64,000 nucleotides of DNA, from assembly GCA_965153285.1 (NCBI GenBank), contig OZ229122.1; one strand, 5' to 3'. Origin of the DNA: Podarcis tiliguerta (lineage: Eukaryota). Below are positions 48,300 to 60,900 of the stretch, piece by piece. How positions within the stretch are numbered: position 1 is the first letter of the stretch; every line of letters starts with the position of its first letter. The translations under genes and the position numbers were made by a program. Below the pieces are notes generated by a model. It had not been told where the DNA came from. It saw only the letters and a list, made by a program, of their open reading frames with translations, and made no database searches.

Positions 48300-48879
48300 A
48301 AACGTGCAATTCAAGCTATCGCGCTGGCGTCGGGTTCATTGGCCCAACCCCACGCCCATCAACGCCATTCCACACGTCTATTGGTGGAACTGAGCGGTGC
48401 GCCTGCCCTCGCTTTTAAATCTGGGAGATAACAGTTTGTGCTTTTGAAGAGCGGTGTGCTGTTTTTCGGCTTCTTTTTTTTTTTGTTGTTCATTTGGTCG
48501 AACGCTCAGACTTTCGTTCCGATTGGCTGCGCGAACTCTGCTTCCCCGCCTCCTTAATCCGTATTTCCCAGTGCCGAACGGCGATTGGCCCGGCAGCTAA
48601 AGCAGGCCGGCGGGGATTGGTCGTGTCCGTTTGAGCGGGCTGAGGCGACGCTTTTCGAAAGCGCGCTCTCTCTTAGTGAAGCGTTTCCTGCCGCCTTTGT
48701 CCGGCCTCATTTGCAGCCGCTTGGCTGAGGGAAGGTGGTTGGCTCTGCTCACAGCGCTCGGTGACTGCCAGTCTGAGAGACTCGGCCGCTGCTCCCCTCT
48801 CAACGGCCGCTTCCCACCCCCCACAATCCCCGCTAGCTCTGTTGTTTCCTAGGCACCCCTCGCTCCGACCGGGTCCACC
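48300..48879 (+). promoter_or_regulatory. TOP2A CpG-rich promoter/5' region with five inverted CCAAT boxes, a GC box and a CHR-like element
   Basis: ATTGG at 48338, 48380, 48522, 48584 and 48616; ccccgcc 48544-50; TTCGAA 48654-59; locally CpG-rich. Confidence 0.75.
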
Positions 48880-48912
48880 ATGGACTTAGACGACTCCTTT
48901 TCCCCGCTCAAG
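48880..48912 (+). CDS. TOP2A: TOP2A exon 1
   Basis: ccaccATG; [11 protein letters not shown]|gtgagt. Confidence 0.85.
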
Positions 48913-51900
48913 GTGAGTCTCCCCCCCTCAACCCCCCTCCACCTTTATTTCACACACCCGCCCTCTAACCGTCTTCCCAGGCCCACGTAACTCAGTATCG
49001 ACTGAGGGGTTTTCATTCAGGACAGCGCCATTGAAATTAAGCGGGCCTTAAATAGTGGCGGCCTTTAACCTCGAGCGTTGGGCCTTTCTAATTCATTCTT
49101 AATCCCGACCTTTTTACTACTTCTCTATTAAAAAAAACCCACCGTCCGCATAGATGCCTCCAATTCCCTTGTTTCCTGTTTTTTTTATTTGTTTATTTTA
49201 GCTTAATATGTGTTACAACAATCCCATCATAATCCACGGTTCCTTATCTCTCAAAAAAAAAAAAAAACCCTCAAAAAATACGTACTAGTTTGGAGGTCTA
49301 TCCTACAGAGACATCATGATGGGGACAGGCTTCTCATGGGAGGGGGTGCAGAACCTCAATTCATGGAGCTTTTAAATTGTTTTTGTGGATCTAGGGGGGG
49401 CAAATTCCTACCCAAATTCATAACAACGTTTGATTGAGGGTGTTTTTGTAGCTTCAGTATATTGCTGATGCTGGACTTAATACGTTTTCTTTCTAGGCAG
49501 AGAAAATATAAACTCGTTTGAATGTGGGGATTAGCATCCCAAAACGTAAGACTATGTTAATGGCTCTGTTGGATAACATCAGAGATCCATCTATTCTAGC
49601 TTCCTCTTTTTAAGAGTGGCCAGCCAAATATCACAGGCGTGACATGGCGACAACTTCTTTGTCTGAACAGTCTGATGTTCAGAGATAGATGACTTGAATC
49701 TCAGGCTTTTGTCTGTAAAAGGCGAGCACAATCTTTTATCCCCTTTCTCATCCCAGTTTCAGGTGTATGGGATGCTAGGAGAGGGCTTGTACCTTTGGTG
49801 GGCTGGTAAACTAGGTGAGGGGGCTTCCCCTGCATGTAGACAGGCTCAGGAGGAAGGTGGTTTCTGCATGTGCTGTAGAAGGAAGTGAGGGGTAGATGGG
49901 GCTACTCAGCGTGGGAATGAAGCCCCTCTAGGAGAAGGAAAACTGATCCTAAACCTCTGCTGCCTTGCGGGATATTTTTGGGAGACGAAAAGGCTAAGGA
50001 GTAAATCCTGCACAAGTCCCCAAGGAATCTGGATGGTGCCTTGTCTGCCTCCTTCCAGCAACTCCTGTCAGCCAAGCAGGTGTCAAATGTATTGCTCTGT
50101 TTTCCTTTGGACCACATCAGCAAGACCAAGAGGGGTCTAGTCATATTTCAATTTGGTTATGTAGTTTTTAATGTGTTTTATTTATTTTTATGACTACCTT
50201 GCTTTATTTGAAATTATGTAAATCTGTTTATATTGTAAGCCGCTTTGAGCATTGTTTTAACTGTGGAAAGGCGGCATACAAATAAAATGGTGATGGTGAT
50301 CTGGGCAGCCCAGGACCTCCATAAACACTGACCAGATTTGCTCCCTGCAGAGGTCACTTCAGTGCTTCTAACTCAACAGTTTGACTTCACCTCCCAAATG
50401 TGCAGTCCATTGTCTCTTGAGACAGATGCCTACAATATCTGTTTGTATTCCTTCTTTCAAAACTAGCTTGGTGGTAAATTCATGTCTTGTGTGTTTTTAT
50501 TTCCATCCTAGTATTGTTGTTATTACAGAAATCCACAAAGTTAGCTCATTTATGCAGTGACTTACAATGTTTTCATTTTGCTTCCATTCAGCCAGTAGAT
50601 GCAAACCCTAAAGTGGGTAAGATCACAGATGGAGATTCAAAAAAGAGGCTATCTGTTGAAAGAATATACCAGAAGAAAAGCCAGCTGGAGCATATATTGC
50701 TTCGGCCTGATACCTACATTGGCTCTGTGGAACAAGTGACTCAGGTAAAAAGCTTTTTGTTTGGGGAATTAAGGGATTGAATGAGAGGGAGCTTTTCTGA
50801 TTCCTTTGTTTTACTAATTGCAAATAAAGTTCTAGTATCACAAAGCAGAGCTTATACTGTTCTAATTTGGGGAGTTGAGAGGGTGATTTTTCCACAACTG
50901 TATTCCAAGGTCGTGGCATCTTAGGACACTTCCAATCAGGCCACATGGCTTATGGGAATCACTGGACAATGCTGACCTTGTTCTCACTGAATGAGCAGAG
51001 TAAAAGTATCTGTTTTTTTACTGAATATCTTCTTATTTTTAACTATCTTTTCAGCAAATGTGGGTGTTTGATGAAGATGTTGGACTGAACTGCAGGGATG
51101 TTACCTTCGTACCTGGCCTTTATAAAATATTTGACGAAATCCTAGGTATGGTGAGAGCAGCATCTTTTAGTCCCAGTGGATTGAATTACAGAGGAATTGC
51201 AATTGATGTTAAGTTGGCTTGGGGAATTTTCTGGCTTATCCTCGAGCTCAGTGCTTTAGCAAGTTGCTACCATAGCCATAAAATGGGAATTGCAGTACTG
51301 TAGTGAATGGCACAACCACAAATGCAGTTAACTTGTGATTACTGGGACTGGTTCTTAATGCCAAGCTAAGAAATATCATTAAGTACTTCATTTTTTACTA
51401 ACAATCTTTGTTCGTGTTTTCATTATTATTATTTTCAGTCAATGCTGCAGATAACAAGCAGAGAGATAAGAACATGTCATGTATCAAAGTTATGATTGAC
51501 CCGTAAGTCCTATTCAAATCCTTTCTAGTAAACTATTTTAAGAATTGCAGGCTTAGATTGCCCCCTGTTGTCTGTTGCTCATTTTTGCAGAATTTGTATA
51601 TAAATATGACTTTCATGTCAGTTATTTATGATGGGCTTAGTTTTGAATTCTGTATTTGTAAACAAACCCAATAGTGGCTTTGCAGCTGCAAATCATAAGG
51701 TGAATAAGAATCTTGTTCGGGGTCTTTAGAGATGAGAAATTTCTGGAGCAGTGGGCAGGTGGTCATTGCTTACTAACGCTTGTGTAGAATAGGAAGCTAA
51801 TTCCATTAACGGGGTTTTTTTGTGTTCCTGATTCATAAAGAGTTTGGTTTCTTTTTCTAGAGAGAATAACACAATCTCTGTGTGGAACAACGGAAAAGGG

Positions 51901-54900
51901 ATTCCTGTTGTAGAGCACAAAGTAGAGAAAGTCTATGTGCCGGCTCTTATTTTTGGACAGCTTTTGACCTCCAGCAATTACGATGATGATGAGAAGAAAG
52001 TCACAGGTAGAGGAAAACCTTAATAGAAAATATTAACCAGCTGGGAAATTATGTCTTAAGGGACTAGCCCTTTTGAAAAACCTGTCTCTTCACTACAGCT
52101 TTGTCTCTTTCATTATGTGCAGAAGAGTGGTTGAAGGGTAAAGAAGAGTTGATTTAATATGCATTATTTAAAGATAGGTAACCCATGTTTTATAGTTCCC
52201 CGGTTTCCTGAAATCAGTATACTGGACAAGTTATGCTAACTTCCTACTGTTGAGCTAAAGGCAAGAGTTGAGGTTTAGATGAGGGAACTGAAGTTTCAAA
52301 GTGCCTCATGGTACCTACCCTTAGCAGCATAGAACAATACTGATATTACAGGGAAGGATATAGAAATGGGCCACATATGTGGGCTTTCTTGTTGGAAGAT
52401 GGGAACACTCCATTTAAGGTTTGAATGCTGAGTTTTAATCCCACTTGAAACAACAAGCAAATCTTTAAGATTGTAGCCTTGTATATCCCTTTTTGGGAGT
52501 AAGCGTCTAGTGCCCTCATTGGGACTTATTTCTGAGTAAACATGCCTAGGATTGGGCTGTATACCTCCTAAACTCTGCGAAGCTTCATGGTGTGTAACTA
52601 ACTTGATTTGTTTTATACATTGTTTTAGGTGGCCGAAATGGTTATGGAGCAAAACTCTGCAACATCTTCAGTACCAAATTTACTGTGGAAACTGCATGCA
52701 GAGAATATAAGAAGCACTTTAAGCAGGTACATGGAACCTTGTAAGGATAGGTATTGTGCGCTTTTAAGATCCTGGGCCCAAATGTTATTTGGGTACATAC
52801 ATGGACACATGTGCACATTAAACCAACTTCTAAATTTACTCCACATACAGTGGTACCTTGGGTTACATACGCTTCAAGTTACAGACTCCTCTAACCCAGA
52901 AATTGTACCTCGGGTTAAGAACTTTGCTTCAGGATGAGAACAGAAATCAGGCTCCGGCGGTGCAGCAGCAGGAGGCCCCATTAGCTAAAGTGGTGCTTCA
53001 GGTTAAGAATGGACCTCCGGAACGAATTAAGTCCTTAACCCAAGGTACCACTGTATTGTAAAGGTTCAGGCATCAGCTGGTCTGCATTTTTAACTGTTGT
53101 GCTTGTACATCTTCAGTACCTAACTGAAAATTGCAAAAGTGACTAAGCTAAAAGTAGAGCCCACAAAAAATTATATGCTGTTCTTTGATTAGGAACTATC
53201 AGCTGTAGCTAAAGAAATTCATCTAGTTGTTTCTGTACATAAAATTGTAAACTGTTTTCTTCCTCAGACTTGGACTAATAATATGTCTCAGGCTGGAGAG
53301 ATGAAATTGAAGCACTTTGCTGGTGAGGACTTCACATGCATCACCTTCCAGCCTGATCTGTCAAAATTTAAAATGACCACACTGGACAAAGATATTGTGG
53401 CTCTAATGTCTCGGAGAGCTTATGATATTGCAGGATCAAGTAAAGGTGTCAAAGTTTTCTTGAATGGAAAGAATCTACTTGTGAGTGAATGACTTTCACT
53501 GTTTTTCTTCCCCTTTTTGGCAATGAGGTGTTCGATTGGGATTTGGGGAAACCAGTCTTAAAATGTTTTAGAATTAATTGGATGGCTATACCCATCTTCA
53601 CCTAACACGTTAACAAATGAGGTAAAAGCTTTCTGCAAACATTGCAACATACCTATCTCATTTACAGATCAACGGATTCCGCAGTTATGTAGATCTGTAT
53701 ATAAAGGACAAGGTGGATGAAACTGGCAATCTACTGAAAGTAGTCTATGAAGAAGTGAATGATCGGTGGGAAGTCTGTGTAACAATGAGTGAAAAGGGCT
53801 TCCAGCAAGTCAGCTTCGTCAATAGCATTGCTACAACAAAGGTAACCAGCTACAGCTCTGTAGTCTGAATATGTTTAATCTGTCTTGTTTATGGCGAAAC
53901 AGTATTGCTAAATTATAGGAAAACAAATCATCCGTTTAAGAGGGGAGAGAATCTAATATGGTAGCTATTGGATTTGGAAATGAGACCTTAAACCTAACAA
54001 GTCTCCTTGATTTATTATAGAAGCATTGTAAATGTTTTTACTGTATTACATAATACAGTAAATACATAATATTATTGGGGCCATTAGCTTACAGGCCAGA
54101 TCCATTCTTGAAGCTAGTTTGGAGCTTTTATTCCTCAGCCAATCTACCTCTATCTAATTAATTACTAGATATAGCAAGGGTGGAGAACCTGTGGATGAGA
54201 TCCTGAGCTTCCCCATAGGCCATTTTGACAAGTTAATGAGGCTGTCTGCTTGTCAGTCACGTGACTGTTGCATGTCCATGAAGTCAGATGAGTGACCTTC
54301 AAAGGAAAGGATTTGGAGTATGTTCCAATCATTTCCTTCTTTTGCAGTCCAGCTTGAACTCAAGTCAGGCTGATCAGCAGGAATTGGCTCCATCCAGAAG
54401 CTCTAATTTCAAAGGTGCTGAATACAAATCCTGCTTGCCAAGGCACACACTTTAAGACTCCCCAAACTCATGATATGTTGTGGTAGGCTCTCCTTGAAAC
54501 TTTTATTAATTCTTGGATTTCTTTTTGTTATAGGGTGGTAGACATGTAGACTATGTTGCTGACCAGCTTATCACCAAACTCATTGACATGGTAAAGAAAA
54601 AGAACAAACTTGGAGTGTCAGTGAAGCCTTTCCAGGTATAAATCTCAGATTTCCCTGTTTAAGTGTAGGCTTCTTAGACCTCATTTCAAAAGTTTGCCTC
54701 TTTGCTGTCTTACAGCACCCTACAATTCTAGTTGCAGATTAGACAATAGTTTTAACAGAAAAATTCCTTAAATAAAATTATGACTAGATGCTAAGTTAGA
54801 TGGACCTCTTGTACCTTTAATTGTTATATAGAAAATGGAACATTGTTATATAAAACTTACCTGATACAACTTTTGTTACCTGTGCCTGAGAAGCTCAACT

Positions 54901-57900
54901 TTGTAAAAATGCTGCTTCCTACATGCTAGTTATTTCTGTTATATTCTCCCGTTTTGTTTGAAGGCATCTTGCTTCACACACCCTTCCCCACTATCACTTT
55001 TTAAATAAACTTGATTATCCTTCTTTTGGAAAACATAACCTGGGAATAGATTCTACTAAATGCCAAGTTAGTCAACTTAATTAACAACATGGGTACATAT
55101 CACATTTGCAGGTGGGGAAATTTGAGAGATGAGGTTGTCCAATAAACATTAGTAGTTTATAACACCTCCATTTAATTCTAGGTGAAGAATCACATGTGGG
55201 TCTTTGTAAACTGCTTGATTGAAAATCCAACTTTTGACTCCCAGACAAAGGAGAACATGACCCTTCAAGCAAAGAGCTTTGGCTCAACATGCAAGTTGAG
55301 CGAAAAGTTTATCAAGGGGGTAAGTGCTGTAGGGTGCATTGTGTTGTCATTGTTTAATTGTTTTGGAGTTACCGTATTTTTCGCCCCATAGGACGCACCG
55401 GCCCATAGGACGCACCATGTTTTTTGGGGGGGGAAATAAAGAAAAAAAAATTTATTTCCCCCTCAGGCGCTTGTGGGGCCAGGAGCGGGGAGAAGCGCTC
55501 TTCTCCCCACCGCCTGCATGCAGAACAGGTCCGGGGACAGCGGGAAGACGCGCTGCGCCTCCCAGCTGTCCCCAGAGCTTGCGGGGCAGGCAGCGGGGAG
55601 AAGCGCTCTTCTCCCCACCGCCTGCATGCAGAACAGGTCCGGGGACAGCGGGAAGACGCGCCGCGCCTCCCAGCTGTCCCCGGAGCTTGCGGGGCTGGCG
55701 GCGGGGAGAAGCACGCATCTCCCCGCCGTCAGCCTCTAAACCACATAGGGAGACAGCGGGATGGCGGCGTTCCGCCTCCCCGCTGTCCCCCGACCTTGTG
55801 GGGCTGGCGCTGCGGCTCTCCTGAAGCCTGGAGAGCGAGAGGGGTTGGTGCGCACCGACCCCTCTCGCTCTCCAGGCTTCAGCGAAAGCCTGCATTCGCC
55901 CCATAGGACGCACACACATTTCCCCTTCATTTTTGGAGGGGAAAAAGTGCGTCCTATAGGGCGAAAAATACGGTATCTTGAGCTGGAATTGGGTGCAAAA
56001 CAAACTGAGAAGCAAAAAAGACTTCAGCCTTCTGTTCTGTATCATATTTGCTTCTACGGACAGCTTTTTCTTTCTTTCTAGGTAAGCAGTTGTGGCATAG
56101 TGGATAACATTTTGAACTGGGTCAGATTTAAAGCCCAGGCTCAGCTGAACAAGAAATGTTCTTCTGTAAAATACAGCAGAATTAAAGGGATACCTAAACT
56201 AGATGATGCCAATGATGCTGGTATGTATTGCAGTATGGTTACAAGCATAAAAGCCTTTTGATACTTTTTAGAAGTTAAATACCCTTCTGTACAGGAACCC
56301 AGATTCCTGACCAGTGGTGGCAACTGGCCTGACTGATGATTAAGGACTTAGAGAGAGAAAGGACTGACAGCTTTGCTAACACATAAGCTGCAGTTTGGAA
56401 AAGAGCCAAATCCTTTCTTTTTTGCATATAGAGTTTTCTTTCATCATGGGTAAAGCTGCTGTCTGTTGTCTTGCCCAATACTCTCTGCTTTTGCTAATTT
56501 TGCCTGACTGAAACATGAGACAGATCTACTCTTGCAATCAGAAACTTGACAGCCAGTCCTGATTAAACAGGATGAGCATGTAGGTAAATGGAGTTGTCTG
56601 GATTAAGGTGCTCAATTCTCATTCCAGGGAGCAAGAATTCTACCAGCTGTACCCTTATTCTGACAGAAGGGGATTCAGCTAAAACTCTAGCTGTTTCTGG
56701 TCTTGGAGTTGTGGGCAGGGACAAATTTGGAGTGTTTCCTCTGCGTGGAAAGCTGCTGAATGTTCGGGAAGCCTCCCACAAACAGGTGAGTTGGCAATAC
56801 TTTGCAAACTCCATCATGGATCTTACTTGGCCTTGATTTGCTTTAGGTATTGTATATAAAAGCTGTCAACTGTTTTCTAAATTGTAACAGGAAAGAGATT
56901 GCGTTTCCAACCTTGTCACAATGGAAGCTGTTGACAAGGACAACTTGTGCTCTGCTCAGTAGATACTCACTGGATTGTGAGGTGCAAAATCTGCTTGGTT
57001 AAAGTGCTTTTAAAATGAGTTAAGCACTTTGAGCCTAGCAACCTACGGCTCAGTTATCTCCAACCATTTCAGACTCAGGACCCACTTTTAAACTAAACAT
57101 ACATTGGGGGGGGGCCCATTTCTTAAATATTTTACCATATATTTGCCTGGTGGTGGTGCTCCTATTGCAACCCACTAGTGGATCCCAATTTGCCCGTTGT
57201 GGATCAGTCTTCTAGACAAAAAGGGGTTGAGCCAAGTTTAAAAGCAAGATATCAATATCTGTCTAAATGGGCAGCAGGATCCATAAATTGATAGTTCATG
57301 CACTGAATCTTAGGGACGCGGGTGGCGCTGTGGTCTAAACCACTGAGCCTCTTGGGCTTGCCGATCGGAAGGTCAGTGGTTGGAATCCCCGCAACGGGGT
57401 GAGCTCCCGTTTCTCGTTCCCGGCTCCTGCCAACCTAGCAGTTTGAAAGCACGCCAAAAAGTGCAAGTAGATTAATAGGTACCACTCTGGCAGGAAGTTT
57501 CTGTGCGCTGCTCTGGCTTCGGTGTTCCGCTGCGCCACAAGCGGCTTAGTCATGCTGGCCACATGACCCAGAAAAACTGCCTGTGGACAAATGCCGGCTC
57601 CCTTGGCCTGTAAAGCAAGATGAGCGCTGCAACCCCAGAGTCGCCCGCGACTGGACTTAACTGTCAGGGGTCCTTTACCTCTCCCCCCCCCCCCCCCCAC
57701 ACACACTGACTCTTAAAGAGAAAAACCGATCCTTTTCAGATAATGGAGAATGCTGAAATCAACAACATTATCAAGATAGTTGGCCTGCAATATAAGAAGA
57801 CCTATGATGATGAAGAATCACTAAGGACTCTGCGTTACGGGAGAATAATGATAATGACAGATCAGGTCAGTCTTTTTCTCATGGGCAAGCATATCTCCTG

Positions 57901-60900
57901 CCAACAGTAACAGTACAAATATTTTGTTTGCACATGTGGCTGATAAAATAGTTAAACTATAAGGATTGGGGGTATATGAGGTGTTAGTGGAGGGGTAGTA
58001 CCACTGGTGGGGGACATGTTGTGCTCCTTCTGGGGTAGTTTTGTCCACCTTTGGTCCCTACCCTGCACTCAGCTTCTAAGAACCACAGGTGAAAGCTATC
58101 AGCATGGAACAGTATCTTTAGTTACCACACCTCTGTATTGCTTTATAACTCAAAATTTCTAAATAAAACAAATTTTAATTGTTAATTTTATTATGAAAAT
58201 TAAAAAATGAATCAACAATAAAGGCACACTTCTAGTTACATCCCAAATGTCTGATGGAGCACCTTTAAAAGAAACCTGAAGAAAGACTGGAGGTGGGCCC
58301 TTTAAGGGAGTGTTTTAAACACCTATCAATGGAGTTGTTCCATCATGTAGCCCACCTTTTGCTACGTTGGACCTGCTCTCCTTTATTTAATCCTTTCCAT
58401 GTACAGATCCAACTGAATATGTAAGAATGTCCCTTGACTCAACCATAGTGAGTTAGAACTATTCCAAGGCCAAGTGTTTGATCATACTGGTAATCGTAGT
58501 CAGTTGTTGGCTAGCATTGGTCTCTGAAAAGATGGGTGCTGCATGCTCTTGAGTTCTACTTTCACATTGCCAGTGGCTAAAATTTGTCTTCTGAAACACT
58601 TTAGGATCAAGATGGTTCTCACATCAAAGGCTTGCTTATTAACTTCATACACCATAACTGGCCATCTCTTCTGAGACACCGTTTCTTGGAAGAGTTCATT
58701 ACTCCCATTGTAAAGGTAAGCTTGCTCTCCCCCCCCCCCCCTTCCTGAGTGACCACTTGAGCCAGCTGAGAATATTTCCCCCAAATTCCACTGGTTAAAA
58801 TCTTAGGTCTTAAAATGCTTTCCCATTGTTACTTATTACTTCAAACTAGGTTTCCAAAAACAAAGAGGAGATTTCTTTCTATAGCATTCCTGAATACGAA
58901 GAATGGAAAGCCAGCAATCCTAACTACAAAAACTGGAAGATCAAGTACTACAAAGGTTCGTTTAAAACTATTTTTAACACAGCTAACTTGAATCATATGA
59001 GAAGTGTTGGGAGTATGCTAGACAGTTAAGACTAGTAAACAGCCTCCGAGGAAGCATGAAATATTCCATGTAAACTCTGGCAGAAAAAGCAATTGAAGGG
59101 CTTTATCTATAACCACATTTCCAGATTCTATGTAGAAAAGGCAGAGAATGTGAAGGGGATATCTTGGAGCACTTAACTTACCCTAAGCAACCCCAAGGTC
59201 AGCTGAAAGTTCTCTTGGCAATACCTTTGCTATACTGGCAGTGACCATTTTGTGAGGGGGCTCCCCCGCATGTCAGCCAAGCACACATAGGCTTGCCCCA
59301 TTTCGCCTTCCATTTTGTCCAAAAGGACCCGCACATTGCTAGTCATGCAACAACTGGATTCACCCAAAATAGTCTCCGCCTGTAGTAACAAACAGTTGGT
59401 GTTCTGTTTGGAACTCCCTTATCCTGGGGGCAGGGGTCTACCAGAAACCTAATATATTTTTAAATATTGTATGGACTGGCGTTTTGATTGCCAAAGTTTC
59501 AACAAATAAGGTACTTACCTAACATTTTTGTGTCTGCTAGAGAGAGCTATGATAAGCTTACACTAGACATACCTGAAAAAGGAATCCCGCTATTGTACTT
59601 AAACCACTTTCCCTGCTGCAGTTCTTTCGAAACAGCTTTCTTCTTCCTCTTTGTAGTGTTCCATATTGGGTTGATGCACTGTTTAATATTGGACCTGGAC
59701 TGCAGTTGTAGATGATACAAAGAAAATAAACTGCATAGCATGGCACCTAGTAGCTATGGGATACTAACTCTGCAGCCTTTGGTTTGGTTTTTTATCTCAG
59801 GGGTGGCTAACCTATCCTCCAAATGATGTTGGTTTCCCATCAACCCAAACCAGCATTGCAATGATCAGGATGGTGCAAGTTTGGAATCCAACAATATGTG
59901 CGAAAGGTTAGCCACCCCAGATTTATGTAAATGTGCTTTGCTTCAAGATATATATAGAGAGAGACTTGTACACACAGTGGAGAATGTCTTAAGTTGTCTA
60001 GGTTTTATTTGAGGATCTTGGTGGTGTTATCTCTCCTTAATCTCTCTAGGTCTGGGTACCAGCACAGCAAAGGAAGCGAAAGAGTACTTTGCAGAGATGA
60101 CAAGGCACCGAATACCTTTCAAGTATTCTGGCCCTGAAGATGATGCTGCGATTACTCTGGTAACAAAATTGCTCCTATCCACTATTGCTTGGGGATTACA
60201 CCTGCAAAATAGTTAGGCAATAATCATCTGCTTTTAGAATGTTGAGTGATCCTACCAGAAATAAGCCTTTCTCTTTTTTAAAGTTGGAACTATCTGATAT
60301 ATCCATATATGTCCCTGGACAAATGGTTCAAGAATTCTGCTCAATATTGATCCAGAGCAGATTTTAACATATAGTTAGAGTAAAAAAGACTTAGACACGT
60401 TGCAGGATTTCCAAAAGAAGAAGAAAAAAGACCAGAGGCAATTAATATTTCATCCATCAAATCTTTCCTGCTACTGAAGGCAAATGTGCATAATGGTCAC
60501 AAATCAGATACATCTGGATTAGCACTATCCATAAGATAAGTTGCAGCAGGTTTAACGTAAACTTAAAATAACTTATAATAAGACTAAAACCTTAATACTA
60601 AGCATACTATGTAAAGAACACCACACCAGAAGGAAAGAGAAAGGGTGAAACCCAGGCTCCTTCTGGCCTATTACTATAGTCAGCATGACCTTGAGTGAAT
60701 AACAGAACAAGTTTAAACCAGCTGTTCAGCTGCTCTGAAGGAATATCCCAAACATCAGGAGCCTTCTGCTTGTTTCTAGGCAGAATAGAAACTTGCGTGT
60801 CAGCTAGAAGCTTCCAGCTTGCATCATGCAGAGAAGCTTCCAGAGTCAATTAAGAATAAACAAGAGCACTACACTTTAGATAGCCTGGAAACAAATGTTC

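Noticed and set aside
55339-56081. Overlapping 160-197 aa ORFs in TOP2A intron 10
   Set aside because: They arise from a GC-rich MITE with tandem repeats and show no recognisable domain.
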